From Chiloscyllium plagiosum (taxonomy: Eukaryota), in the NCBI RefSeq assembly GCF_004010195.1, contig NC_057718.1, forward strand, positions 52,408,254 through 52,472,253: a DNA stretch of 64,000 bases, written 5' to 3'. The notes below the pieces were generated by a model that saw only the letters and a program-made list of their open reading frames with translations, searched no databases and was not told the origin of the DNA. The position numbers were made by a program, and so were the translations under genes. The stretch's first letter is position 1. Each line of letters starts with the position of its first letter. Below, in pieces: positions 24,115 to 36,589 of this stretch.

Positions 24115-25935
24115 GCAGTTTGTTCATCACAGACTGCCTGTCTCCTTCCTCCCACCCATCCCAAATTAATGAAGCAAGGCAAGCCATCCAGAAGCTTGTA
24201 GCCTGTAACCAAGCATTGAAGACCCTGTGCAAAGTGTGCTAAGAAAGTAATATGAAGTGAGCAGAAGTGAGAAAACGCCAAGTAAGCACAAAAGTGAACA
24301 AGAAAGCAAACTAAGACCTATAAGATGCAAGGGTTGATGTCAGTGCAAAAGCATCCTGTGCAGATGTATGTCTGTCCATGCACACAAAGCAACTTGATAG
24401 AAGCGTGCAAGTCAAAAGTGTCTCTGACATCCAAAGTAAAGTGTTGAAGGGCTGAAGTGCCATCTGAGCAGATCTGAGATCAAGCATGTGATGTGATGGG
24501 GTTGGTGGTTTGTCGATACCCACTTATACAGCTGAAGGGCAAGGAAAGTGGTGATCATGGGACATGCTAGGGGTGGTGTTCAGACATATAGTTGCATGAT
24601 GGCTGAAACAAGCATTCAGTAACGATGTCTGTCAGGTACCCAGTATGAATTACGTAAATTTCATGAATCGTGCTAACTAGTTTCCGGGTGGGGAGGCAAA
24701 GAAAATTGGAAATGGCATACAAGTAAGGCGAATTGAATGAAATTCAATGTAGTACTTTGAAACTAAAGGTAGTCATTAGTCCAAGGTAAGGTTCTGAAAT
24801 TGCCATTTAAAGCTTGAGGAGAAGAACAAGGAAAATTTTTTATTGATGTCAGGAATCTGATATTTTCATTCTCATTGTAATTTTCCATTTTTCTTATTAC
24901 AATTTGACTTCGTACAGCTTTAAGGAAGCCCAGCAAAACTACAGTCAGTGGGAATCAGGGGGTAATCTCTCTGTTGGTTGCAGTCATACCTGGCATGTAG
25001 GAAGATGGTTGTGGTTCTTGGAGATCAGCCATCTCAGCTCCAGGACATCTCCGCAGGAGATCCTCAGGGTACTATCCTCGGCCCATCCATCTTCAGATGC
25101 TTCATCAATGACCTTCCTACCATCATAAAGTCTGAAGTGGGAATGTTCTCTGATCATTGCACAATGTTCAGCACCATTTGTAAGTCCTGAGATTCTGAAG
25201 CAATCTACATCCAAATGCAGCAAGACCTGGGCAATAGCTGTGGGTGGGCTGACAAGCAATAATTAACATTTATGCCATATAAACACCAGGCAATAACTAT
25301 CACCAGCAGGAGTGAATCTAACCATCACCCCACGACATTCAATGGTGTTACCTACTCTCAACATTCTGCAAGTTACAATCAACCAAAAACTGAAATGAAC
25401 TAGTCATATAAATATTGACCATAAGAGCAAGTCAGAAGCTAGGAATCCTTTTGTGAGTAACTCACCTCTATTCCCCAGAGCCAGTCACCATTTACAAAAG
25501 TACCATGAGCATGATGGAATACTCTCCACCTCGCTACACAAGTGCAGCTCAAACAACACTCAAGAAACCTGACACCAGGACAAAGCAGCCAACTTGGACT
25601 GTTCCCACAGTCACACTCCTGCATTCACTCCCTTGACCAGCAATGCTCAATAGCAACAATATTTACCATCTATAAGAAGTACGAGCAAAAATCACTAAGG
25701 CTCCTTAGACAGCACTTTCCAAGTCCATGAACCTTACCATCTCAAAGGTCAAAGGCAGGAGACTCATCTGCAAGTGCTCCTCAAAGCCTCTACCATCCTG
25801 ATTTGGACATATATTGCCATTCCTTCAGTATCACAGGGCCAAACTCCTGAAACGCCCTCCAAAACAGTGTGTGGGTATACCTGTACTTACACCAAGTAAC
25901 AGTTCAAGAAGGCAGCTCACCTCTATATTCTCAAG

Positions 25936-26100
25936 CAGCATCCAGGGAACAGGAGAATCGACGTTTCGGGCATAAGCCCTTCTTCAGGCTTATGCCCGAA
26001 ACGTCGATTCTCCTGTTCCCTGGATGCTGCCTGACCTGCTGCGCTTTTCCAGCAACACATTTCCAGCTCTGATCTCCAGCATCTGCAGACCTCACTTTCT
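25936..26100 (+). mobile_element. Short Penelope-like terminal insertion with inverted 5' arm and perfect 16 bp TSD
   Basis: TSD CCTCTATATTCTCAAG at 25920-25935 and 26101-26116. Internal inverted repeat. The sequence matches the PLE terminus at 60520-60650. Confidence 0.9.
25960..25987 (-). ncRNA. Minimal hammerhead ribozyme core (PLE-type)
   Basis: Minus strand reads CTGAAGA-A-GGGC-TTAT-GCCC-GAAAC-GTC: CUGANGA box, 4 bp stem II, GAAA box and GUC triplet, with palindromic ACGU in place of stem III. Confidence 0.65.
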
Positions 26101-28039
26101 CCTCTATATTCTCAAGGGCAACTTGGGATCAGCAATAAATTCTGCCCCAGAAGCCGACATCCACATCTCATGAATTATTTTTTTAAAAATCATCACTCTT
26201 GCCATACCAAGAAGGGAAATATTGTCCTGCTAAGAATAGCTTATTGGCTATATCTCAATGATGCATTTGAAGGGAAAAGGCCTTTAAAAATCCTTATTAA
26301 CAAGCAAATGTTAATGATGGCTGAAACACATTTCCTGTAAGCTGAGAAACAGCAACATTAACGGACATGATCTGTGGAGCAATTGCAGTTAGTAACAAAG
26401 ATCAAATCATGGGTTGCTATGGGAACACCAGAATGAAGTGGCCCAATCTTAACACAAACCATCACCAGTCAGCAACAAGTGACACACATGGTGAGAAGCC
26501 CAATTGAGTGCTGAACAGTGCATGAAGAAAGTAATCACTGAGATGAACATATGAAAATTAGGAAGGAAGTATGGATGCAGAGAACATAAGAATTTAATAA
26601 TACCCACTGTTTTCACTTTTGTCAGCTGCAATGGGTGGGTTGCAGTCTTACAGAAAGTAGGAAATACCTTGACATGAAACCAAGTTCAATGAATTTCAAG
26701 CTCACATATGTGTATCAGCTCGTGAATGAAGTTTTGTTTATACTGCCTCCTGTCTGATATTAAGATGATATCCACTAGCTGCCTGAAATGAATATGTGGT
26801 AAATGTTGAGTGCACTAAGCCACAGAGAATGCAGTGTGGATTTGTATCAGTGTGACCACAAGTTCCTACGACCAAATTAGTTCATCTTTTATGAAACAAA
26901 CATTTCTAATACCTATTTCATCACTATGGTTCCCAAAGGATCTGTTTTGCATATAGATTTGTGGAGGGATGAGGGGTGATACCTGACAGCATCAATTCAG
27001 TTTAAATGCTGTTACATTCTCCTTTCCTCCATTCTGTGTTGCTTATCCGCTCCTTCTCCAGAATAAAGATATACCACAACATTTCAATAGGGAATATCAT
27101 TCATGCCCTGGAATGCCTCTCACTGTGCAGAAAATATTTCCAGTTTTGCAATACCATATGGAATCAAAATCCAAACAGTTGAAGTAGAATTGAAAAATAT
27201 GTAATTCCACAAAATTTTTAGCAGTTTCAGTTATTGTTCCTGAAGCTTTTGCAATATTCAAGCTTAAAAATCAGTCACTACTGATTCTGGAAATTGCAAT
27301 TTCTAATTTGAATCACCCTTAGTTGTATAACAAACAAAAGCAGGACTCATAACACCACTTGTTCCAATTACCATGTAGCCAAAGCATACTCTTTTCCAGA
27401 CAACTATAACAAAAGCCCATTAATGTATTCTAGAGAACATGAATTCAAAACAGGCTGTAAAAGTTTAAAATAATAAACTATTATGGTAAGAGTGATGATG
27501 ATGTTGCACAAATAGCTTTATTTCTCTGCAGAAATTCTTTTAAAAATTAAAATATTTGGAGCTTGACATATCATGAAAGACTTGACAGTTGAGAGCTCTG
27601 ACAGTTCCAATGATTTCATACACTTTTTAGGCATTTTCATGTGTACCTTTAGCAATTCTAAAGGGTGCCTGACCCCTCTCCATCCCTCCCCCACACCAAA
27701 CAAAAATGACTACTGCCACTCCTCCCAGCCCATACATCCCTACACCTAGAAGGTACCCAACACCATATCCAAAGGAATACCTTACATCTTGAAAGGGATA
27801 CCCTTGCTATCTAAGTAAATCCCCAAAGTTCAGACCTACACTTAGCTGTATCGGTGAATAGGACTTGTGATCTCAAAGCATTTCTGCCACCATCATCACA
27901 ACAAAGAGGCTCTCCACTGTGGCCAATGTCCACATACATTCTAGCACAATGTTATGACTAGAATTTGTAAAAAATTACCAAAAATGCTATTCAAAAATTT
28001 TAAAATGAATTTATACCTCAAGAACATCTGCTGTATTGC

Positions 28040-28950
28040 CATTTGATCAGGTCATGGTCTCAACTCCAGTTTGGTCTCTGCCTCCAATTAACCTCAGCCT
28101 TTTTGTATATTAAAAATCTGTCTAATGCAAACTTTAATATCTTTAATGGCACTCTTGCTCATGTTCTGTGGAGGAGAAATTCATACACAATCAGAAAAAA
28201 AATTATCATCTCTGTCATAAAACAGAAACTTCTTATTCTCAATCTGAATTACAGGTTTCCGTTTAAACTCTTTTTCTATTTGAAAAGATTATTTAAAACC
28301 AAACCATTCCTTATGTTTAATCTCCCCTGACAAGAAGAAACACCCTCTCTTTTAAGTCCCCTCAGGATCTGAGATGTTTCAATAGCATCACCTTTCATTC
28401 TTCACAGCTCCAAAGGGGAGAAGAGCAAGCTGTTCAATGGGAACCACCTCTAAGCTGCTTTCAGAATAACTAAAAACAAAGATCTGCAGATGCTGGAAAT
28501 CTGAAGCAAAAATAGAAATAGTTGCAGAGACTCAACATGTCTGGCAGCACCTGTGGACAGAAAGCAGAGTTTCCAGATCCAATTCTGGGAAAGGTTCACT
28601 GGACCCAAAGCACTGACTCTGCTTTCTTTCCACAGATGCTGCCAGATATGTTGAGTTTATCTAGCTATTTCTAATTTTCTTCCTGAATGACTATATGCTT
28701 TTCTAAATAAAAGAGGTAAGAGCCACACAGTACTCCAGATGTAACCTCACAAAGATGTTGTGCAGCTGAAGTTAAAAAGTTTCCCTTTTTTATGTTTGAT
28801 TCCCTTGCAATAAACACCAAACCCATTCCAACTGCATTCCTAACGCTTTGCTGTACCCGCATACTAACTTTACATATCTTGTAACAAGAACCCTCTGTAC
28901 CACCAATTCCTGCAATCTCTCTCCACTGAAATTGAATAGTGCACCAGCAC
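28040..28950 (-). mobile_element. Decayed CR1 3' fragments flanking a PLE insertion
   Basis: CACACAGTACTCCAGATGTAACCTCAC (HLEYCV-like on minus) and related CR1 3' ORF2 sequence. Confidence 0.6.
28472..28682. mobile_element. Penelope-like terminal inverted-repeat remnant (second family)
   Basis: Arms ACTCAACATGTCTGGCAGCACCTGTGGACAGAAAGCAGAGT and ACTCTGCTTTCTTTCCACAGATGCTGCCAGATATGTTGAGT surround a decayed hammerhead-like core. Confidence 0.75.
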
Positions 28951-29167
28951 ATTCTACTCAATGCCGGAGTGCTACAATGGAAGTTCAATCTGAAGCTTGC
29001 AATCTCAGTTTACTGCCATGTAAGCTCAGATCACTGCCATTAAAGTTGTGGATATCAGTTGATATGATCAGCTGGGAAGTGGCAGAATTACTTCCCTCTT
29101 CCTCCATTCCTTGACTAACAACAACATTCAATTTTATTTCCAAGTAACATGTTTTGCATTACAATTT

Positions 29168-29305
29168 GAACATACAAGCAAGGAGTAAGAGTAGGCCATT
29201 CAGCCACTCGAGTTTCCTCTGCCATTCACGAAGATCATGGTGGATCTGACTATAATTCAATTTTTTCCAACCTATCCCTGACAATTGTTCACCTCCCTGC
29301 TTAAC
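29168..29305 (-). mobile_element. CR1 3' UTR remnant
   Basis: GAGTAGGCCATTCAGCCACTCGAG...CCATTCACGAAGATCATGG is the reverse complement of the CR1 3' end. Confidence 0.65.
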
Positions 29306-30179
29306 TGTCTTACGTACTGTGACTGTAAAAGATACATACAGACAAGTTTAGTAGAATGTTTCTAAAAATGAACGTAGCATTTATTGTACTTATAACCTGA
29401 TTTATATAAACATTTATATGACTCTTGCACACACATTGGTTCAAGGATTCTCTCTCTCACTCGTGTGCCCACACACACATTTAAGTCACAAAGTGGCAAG
29501 ATTGTTTAAGTAGTTTAGAAGTCCAAAAAACAGGTCTGATAGCTTATGCATTGCATGGTTTCCAATTGAGCCCTGTGGTTTCTACATTCAGCAATGGGGT
29601 GATTTAAAGATATTGACAAATGATTTCGCTTTGGTTTCCTTGAGTCAGGAGCAGCTAGGTTGCTTTTTAGCTGCTGTCCACAATGTATATTTGGTAAAGC
29701 AATAGGCAAGGATCAAGGTTGTAGAAGGAGAAATACAGAGAGTGAGAGAGAGAAAGAGAATACCCACTCAGAATAATTTCCCTTTTGCATCACTTCTCCG
29801 ATCTCACTGGCTGAAAGAAAAACAATACCTTAATTCACCAAAGAAAGTCAGTTGACTCATCAGCTGATCACTCCTCATAAACTGACCAATTCCTCAATGA
29901 TGGTCATAGCAAGTTTATTACAGGTCCATGTCTGAGATGGCTGAAATTGCCTTCTTCTCAGCAAAGGTCCTCCATCCAAGGTGACTGTGTCTCCTGCCTT
30001 ACTCGACATCTAGCTGATTACAAGGGTGCTGTCTGGAGGTCTTCTGATTGGATCAGGAGATGGGTCATTCAGACTTCTCTAAGTCAAAAGCCTCCAATGG
30101 ATATTTCAGATAACCTGATTCTACTTTCAATGACTTTGGAATTTATAGGACAATGTTATGTAGACATTCGGCAATTTTA

Positions 30180-30416
30180 GACAAAATCAAGAATTGCTGG
30201 AAAAACTCAGCAGGTCTGGCGGCATCGTGGAGAGAAAGTAGCATTACTGCTTCAGGTCCAGTTACCATTCTGAAGTGACAGCTGTGAAGAAGGCTCACTG
30301 GACCTGAAATGTTAACTCTGCTTTCTCTCCAGAGATGCTGCCAGACCTGCTGAACTTATTCAGCAACTTCTATATTTGTTTCTGATTTACAGCATCTGCA
30401 GTTCTCTGTGTTTTTT
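30180..30416. mobile_element. Penelope-like terminal inverted-repeat remnant (second family)
   Basis: Arms CAGCAGGTCTGGCGGCATCGTGGAGAGAAAG and CTTTCTCTCCAGAGATGCTGCCAGACCTGCTG, with a decayed core GTGAAGAAGGCTCACTGGACCTGAAATGTT. Confidence 0.78.
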
Positions 30417-30642
30417 TGACAATCTTAAAGTTACTGCTTAAGTTTTTTTTTCAATTTACCATTGTTCAGTTTTTGTGCTTTTCTGGTGGTTTCAGATTAA
30501 TAAAAACATAATTTCTGACATAAATTATGATTTTATACGGTGTTCAATGGACTTGTAAGATGTCATGTCGAGTGGAATGTTGGGACTGATGAGCCCTAGC
30601 TCTGGAGTTGTGATTCACAATGTAGAGCTTGAATCTATTGTT

Positions 30643-30730
30643 GAGGAGAAAGTGAGGACTGCAGATGCTGGAGATCAGAGCTGAAAAGTGTGTTGCTGGA
30701 AAAGCGCTTTTCCAGCAACACATTTTCAGC
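30643..30730 (-). mobile_element. Very short fold-back PLE terminal insertion with ~17 bp TSD
   Basis: TSD AGCTT(G/A)AATCTATTGTT at 30626-30642 and 30728-30744. Palindrome TGTGTTGCTGGAAAAGC|GCTTTTCCAGCAACACA. Confidence 0.85.
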
Positions 30731-31639
30731 TTAAATCTATTGTTCTCTACTTCGATTTGTCCTTTTGTTATTGCGACTCTGTCAGAGACCCTGCTGTTAT
30801 TGACAAGGCAGCCTGCTCAGTCTATGCTAAATTGATGCAGTTTGGAGCCATGATTAGTTGAGCCAAAGGTATCTGCAGTCTCCCACATCAAAAGTCATAA
30901 CCTTCTACCAGGCAGGCTGTGGCTAATGGTTTGAAACTGCCTAGCCTTGTAATCCAATGGAAAGCTACAAGTAAGCTGGGCATTAAGATAGACATTCAAG
31001 GAATGCACAAAAATGGTGTGTTCACTATTCTATGGATGATTGGATGTTTTATTGAATCAAGTTGATCTGAAACAGCCTTTGTGTTAGCTTTTATTTTAAC
31101 TTTGAAGCCAAGAAGATGGTGGGAAGGTTAGTACGAAAGAAAGTAATATGTGGAGGGGCTGGTGAATGTAAATTATGTTCCCTAGCATCATAGTTGGAAC
31201 TGAATACAGATAGCTGAGATATAAAGGAAGAGATGTGCTAGCTGCCTCCACCCTTCCTTCTCCTCAGGAGATTGGTGTATAGAGTGTGCAGGGATAAGTC
31301 CCCTCACAACACTGAGTTGATGCTGTACATACCAGAACAACCATGTATTGTGACACAGAAATCACTGAATAATGCATGGTTGCTCCACTGCTGTTTAGAA
31401 AGTTAATGAATTGCTGAAGTACTCCAAAGCTCTGTTCAAACAGATATTTTTGAGGAAGCATGGTTTTTGTTATATCCACATTGCCCACATGTGGGTGATG
31501 CATAGCCACCATTTCTCCAGGGGTTAGCCAATGTCCGTATTTGTCATGGTAGGCCAAATTCAGAATATAAAAGGTTAAACTAGATTTATAGGGTTTGGCT
31601 GACATCGTCCTCCTGATGTTTATGTTCTTGAGCCTCTTG

Positions 31640-32120
31640 ACACATTTCTTGTCAACTAAATTTCTTATCCTAACCCTCTGCTCAATTTCCACAGATATGC
31701 CTTTTCACTTTCCCGTAAATGCATCTGTCATATTCATTTCAACAAGGTGCTAAGTTACCAAGTTCCACATCTTTAAGGAAAGAAGTTTCTTCTGAATCCC
31801 CCTAAGATTTTCATGGTGACAAGCTTATGTTGACAGTCTCGATGTTTTTCTTTCCAAAAGAAGAAACATTCACTCTGTCCAGTCTATAAAACCTTTTAAT
31901 AATTTGAAGTAGTTATTAGATGACCTTCAAACCTCCTTATGAAGAGAAAAGGAATTCAGCCTGTCAGTGCTTTCCTAAATGCAGTACCACTGCATTCATC
32001 ATTCTTGTATATCTTCTCTAACATTCTCCATTGCCTGAATATCAATTCAACAATACACTAGCCTGAACCATATTATCAGCTTCAGCTCTTCCTTGATTCA
32101 AGGTCGATACAAGTTCACAA
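31640..32120 (-). mobile_element. Decayed CR1 3' fragment
   Basis: AAGAAGTTTCTTCTGAATCCCC and CATTCTTGTATATCTTCTCTAACATTCTC resemble the CR1 3' region of younger copies. Confidence 0.55.
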
Positions 32121-32726
32121 TTTTACAAACAGTCCACTGGGGAGCTGTGTAAAGTTGACCAGCACCAGCTTATTGGGAACTGGGGCGATAGCCCTGAAAA
32201 ATGTCATCTTATTAAAACAAGTTCATATGTTAAGGAAAATGTGTTACACACCAATCATGTTTAATAATTGACAATTTCTTACCTTATTGTGGGTTCCAGC
32301 TCTCCATCTAGTCTGGCAATTTGAAGATCCAGATTGTTTTATTCTTAAAATCATTCACATATGGCAGCTACTGCATTGGCTACCATGTTGAGTCAGATCA
32401 TGGCCCATTCTCTGAACATCCTTCCTCCATTCCTGCATCCTCTCCCCAGTTACTAACTGGCCCACAAAATCAGTTGTCCTCCTATTCGGTTTCAATCTCG
32501 AGGGAAATGTCAACCAGTTCCGAGTTCACTTTGAGGGCAGGTACACAATCTGGTGATGAGCTCTTCTATGAAATTCCTACCATTTGACTCATTGCTCATC
32601 TCATCATTCAGTGCCACGGATACTTCCTGTAAACATCAATATCTCTCAGTTGTTGCCTTTGGTATTATGCTGTCTATTTCTTAATAGTGCTACTCTCCTC
32701 ACAGCTTTTCATTGTAATGATACAGT

Positions 32727-33373
32727 TGTGACAATACTGTGACTTTAAAAGGTGCACTTTGTCCTGTTCTTTTTTTGAAGAAAGAAGAGGTACTGAGCTG
32801 CCTATTTGAAGTCAATAAAGTAAACAGCTTGTCAGGTCTTGTTTTTTTTTTGTTATAAGTTGACACAATAGAAACAGCATAAATGGGTGGAGTCAGGCTC
32901 CCACAGAACCAGGTTTTAGTTTAGCTCTCAGTAATCATTGGGATTTTGAAGTTGGCTGTGGAAGCTGTTACATCTCTCTCTGCCACAGCAAAATCTTCTC
33001 TCTCTCTACTGCCAGAATCGCATGTGAGACAACCTGTTTTACGGAACTTGTCTTTGTCATGGGTGTGTTACGGAATGTTATTAGATTGGAACAGTTGCTG
33101 TTTAGCAGTTAAATAATCTTTTATTCTGTTAAGTTTTCCAATAAGTTTAAAGTTATACAAATTCCTCTTTCTTTTCTTTGCATTTTAACTGTAGTGAAAC
33201 AATAAAGTGTGTTTTGCTTAAAGCTGAGTAGTGTAACCAATCAAATTACACCTAAAACACAGCAACTTCAAATAAGATTAAAGCTAGAGTCTAGGCCATC
33301 TCCTTGATATATTTGAGGTGGCGGGGTTGGGAGGGGCGGGNNNNNNNNGGGAGGTTTGATCTGGTCTATGACA
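32727..33373 (+). mobile_element. Probable solo LTR
   Basis: TGT...ACA termini, flanks CAGT/CAAT (4 bp TSD with one mismatch), and AATAAA at 33201 followed by GT-rich sequence. About 650 bp with no coding similarity. Confidence 0.6.
33341..33348. other. Assembly gap
   Basis: 8 N within a G-rich run. Confidence 1.
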
Positions 33374-33436
33374 CAATGAACTGCTGCAGAATGATGGCAA
33401 CATGATTGTTGCAAGGATATTGGGCACCGAAGGTGT

Positions 33437-33632
33437 AAGTGAGGACTGCAGATGCTGGGGATCAGAGTCAGGATTAGAGTGGTGCTGGAAAAGCACAGCA
33501 GGTCAGACAGCATCCGAGGAGCAGGAAAATTGACGTTTCGGGCTGAAGTGCTCCTGCCCGAAACATCGATTTTCCTGCTCCTCGGATGCTGCCTGACCTG
33601 CTGTGCTTTTCCAGCACCACTCTAATCCTGAC
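33437..33632 (-). mobile_element. Fold-back PLE terminal insertion with 78 bp arms and ~17 bp TSD
   Basis: Arms 33466-33543 and 33556-33633 are near-perfect inverted repeats. TSD TATTGGGCA(CC/AT)GAAG(G/T)T at 33418-33434 and 33633-33649. Confidence 0.88.
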
Positions 33633-33719
33633 TATTGGGCAATGAAGTTTATGGTCACTTACCAGTTAGATACTGAGGGGGTGGAATCGCTTGTTGTTAT
33701 GCTATATCTCAGAATTTAC

Positions 33720-34330
33720 ACGTGCCACCAACAATGCAAAGGCTTGCAGTCAATGGCATCCTGACCAAGTCTGCATTCCATGCAAAGCTAAGTGCTCACA
33801 CTGTCTGCTTCTCTCTACCCAAGAGAGGATGAAATCCATTTGACCATCCTGGAAAACAAAATTCTCACTGTCCTCGCATAAGCAACACTGGGGAGCAAAC
33901 TGTCAGATATTGCAAACACTTCTTTCTTCCAACTGGAAAGATTCCATGTTTTGAGGTTAATGGCCATGGTAACCTTTGCAGTCACTGGGAATTCCATCCC
34001 CACTTCACTGTGAGGTTGAAGTTGGAACTGCAGCAGCAGCAATTTACAATGAGGCCCTCTTAGTCAAGCAAAAATATTAAGCACACTGTTCCTCACTGAG
34101 GTTTGTTTGGAAAATTGGTTACTGAATGTTTTTTCTGCTTTTCCTGCTCTGTTCCACCTCTGCTCATTCTCTCTGTCAAGCTATTAGCCTAGGGCATGCA
34201 GATGTACATCCACTTCTTGCAGCAAGTGATCTGTATAAAATCCTTGAAGCCAGAAAAAATTCCTTTAGCTCCTCCGCACTCTCTTCAGAAACTTTAAACA
34301 ACTCTGAAAACAACAAACAATCATAGCAAC
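33720..34330 (-). pseudogene. PIF/Harbinger transposase relic (N-terminal half)
   Basis: Minus strand with frameshifts gives FPVTAKVTMAIN, ESFQ...VCNI*QFAPQCCL, REKQ..ALSFA and QDAIDCK. These match Harbinger LPVAVKVT.ALN/GSFQ/CNISQ/VQGAIDCTH. Confidence 0.75.
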
Positions 34331-35439
34331 TGAAATCAATCAGCAAATAATCTAAATAGTACTATACGGAATCTTGCTGTTAAATTTGTGTTTTATGATG
34401 CAGAATTAAAAGAGGGTGTTAGTGTGAATGCTCAGCTCCAAAATCATAGCACTGACATCAAAACATGTAATACTCTGGCCAGTAACACAACCTTCCTGTG
34501 CATGGTATCAATGGCCTCACCAAAAAGGTATCTGACAGAACCAACATCACAACAGTGCATGTGCACTACACCTGCCACTTAGAAGACAAAGCAACATCCA
34601 CAGTGCTGAAGTAATAGCCATATGTATTTTGCAGCTTTTAACCTTGTTTTCACCATCATCAAAGTATATACCTGTCAAAGAGGAACACTAGCTGTGCTGC
34701 AGTAGTCAGTCTTTTTGTTAATGACTGGGAAATCAGCAGCTATTAACTGCAAAGTCAAGTTTAAATGGAGAAACATGAAATGCTGGAAAGATAAAAAGGA
34801 TGGTTAATAACTTAGATGTAAGACCCTTACTCATCAAGTTCTGGAGAAAGATCTTCAATCTGAAAGAGGAACCTATTGAAAAAATCCATCATTTCTGTTT
34901 TATTTGACTGTCACAATTTTCAGATTAGTTTTCCTTTAATTGATAACAGTGCAATTTATATAGCAACGCTATATTATTTAATTTTAAACAATACTTTTTC
35001 TTCTTCATTGCTTCAATGATGGACAGGACATTAATTGCTAATTATTATTCTAAATATATGAGGGCTCAGCTTTTCTGACCGAAGTCCTAATTGGGAAAAT
35101 GATCAAGTTGTGATGGCCATGCTTAGAAAGAAAACTGGCTGTTGCATTGGTCATGTAATTTATCTTCCCTTTGTACTCAAATTTTGCTGTGAGCCCTTGC
35201 TGTCATATTCTAATAAGCCATATGTCAAAATCTCAGATTAAAGCTCACAAATAACAGTGATCACAACATCTGGCCTGTGATGCTGTAACCCTCTCTCTAA
35301 TCCATATACATTCCAACTGCCTTATCCACTGAGAACATTGGATCCAGATTTAGTTCCATGGACAAAAACAACGTTTGAAATCTAATTAAATTCTCCTCCA
35401 TTACCACCACCTCTCAAGCTTCATTGCTCCTGGAGAACT

Positions 35440-35655
35440 CAGCTAAAGATAAAGGAACATCTCATAATGGGAAACATTATTACCTTCCTAACAATATTCT
35501 TTTCTTAACAAACTCAATCAAAACAGATTAACGGCCATATATCTCTTTCCCATTTGTGGAACCTGGCAATGTGCAAGAAAAAAATAATTTTATTAGCTAT
35601 GAAGTGTTGTGTAACATCCTCAGAATGTAAAAGATGCTGCATAACCAGAACAATT
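35440..35655 (+). mobile_element. DeuSINE-like relic (Deu domain plus L2-like tail)
   Basis: CAATATT...AAAACAGATTAACGGCCAT...TTTGTGGAACCTGGCAATGTGCAA...ATTAGCTATGAAGTG...CATCCTCAG..TGTAAAAGATGCT resembles the Deu-domain consensus as I recall it. Confidence 0.55.
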
Positions 35656-36589
35656 ATTTTAAATAAAATTGTGACTGGGAATAAATGAGTCACAGGATGA
35701 ATAAATTAGTTGCTCATCAGCATCTTTAACTAAAAGGTCAATAATATGGGCTCAATTCAACGTATCGTTCAGTGAGGAAATGGCAGGCACTGAGATAAGG
35801 ACAAGGAGAATTTTAACAAAAGTTAAAGGTAATTTCAATGTTCTCTTCCTTGCTTGTATGTTGTTTTCAAATTTATTGTAGGGGTAAATGAATGCCATAA
35901 TTCTGGAATTGGGAGGAAAATAAACTTTATTTTTAAGAATGTTTCTTGTCGGTATTTCATCCCTCCTCTTCCCTCAAGAGGTAGGGACATTACAACAGCA
36001 CCACAAGAGCCGGAGCTACATGATACAAATTTGTTACAGGTTTCTGTCACTGATAATGAAAGAAAGCAGCAAGGACAATCAGAACTGTTTCAGACTGATG
36101 GTAATATTATCACCTACAGGACAATTAACCTCATATAATTAAGCTTACGCTAGCTTCTGCTTAAATCATAAATTCAACTGACACAGGTTAATGTTTAAAA
36201 CATGTGCACTATTTGTCCAACCTAACCCTGCGGTACTCAAACAATTGAGTTATTTATTAAATGAACCATGTGAGCTGCATTGATCCCATTTGCGTTCATG
36301 GAATGTGTGACATATCCATTCTTTTTTGCCCGCCCTTATTTCTTTTAAGGCAAATTTGAAACAGATGTTTTATGTATGGGGAGGTGTCAACAAGAAATAA
36401 ATAAACTTCGCTTCAGCCTCTCTCGACCTCTTCTGATCTGACTCAGGTTTGGATTTAAAAGTTGCACATGAACTTTACCAAGTGAGCAAGTTGGAATGTC
36501 ACATAATATGCCAACTTGGTTCTGCTGAATTGTATAAATAAAATTGTAGATAGGGTTTTAAATAATTATGTGGGGGACAGTTCAACTGA

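Larger units (their letters stand above)
24900..26175 (+). mobile_element. LINE 3' portion (RT), same family as 51199-54304
   Basis: ORF 24978-25190 gives GDPQGTILGPSIFRCFINDLP..KSEVGMFSDHCT. The 3' end GGGCAACTTGGGATCAGCAATAAAT...CACATCTCATGAAT matches the SINE tail at 63383-63450. Confidence 0.88.

Noticed and set aside
29318..30520. Possible LTR-like element (TGT...ACA)
   Set aside because: No matching TSD (GTAC versus TAAA), and the boundaries cannot be supported.
31264..31692. 142 aa minus-strand ORF
   Set aside because: It starts in a CR1 remnant, and I see no recognisable domain or supporting splice structure.
34176..34303. Apparent terminal coding exon of a host gene (LFKVSEESAEELKEFF...)
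   Set aside because: It is contiguous with Harbinger transposase sequence and better explained as part of that element.
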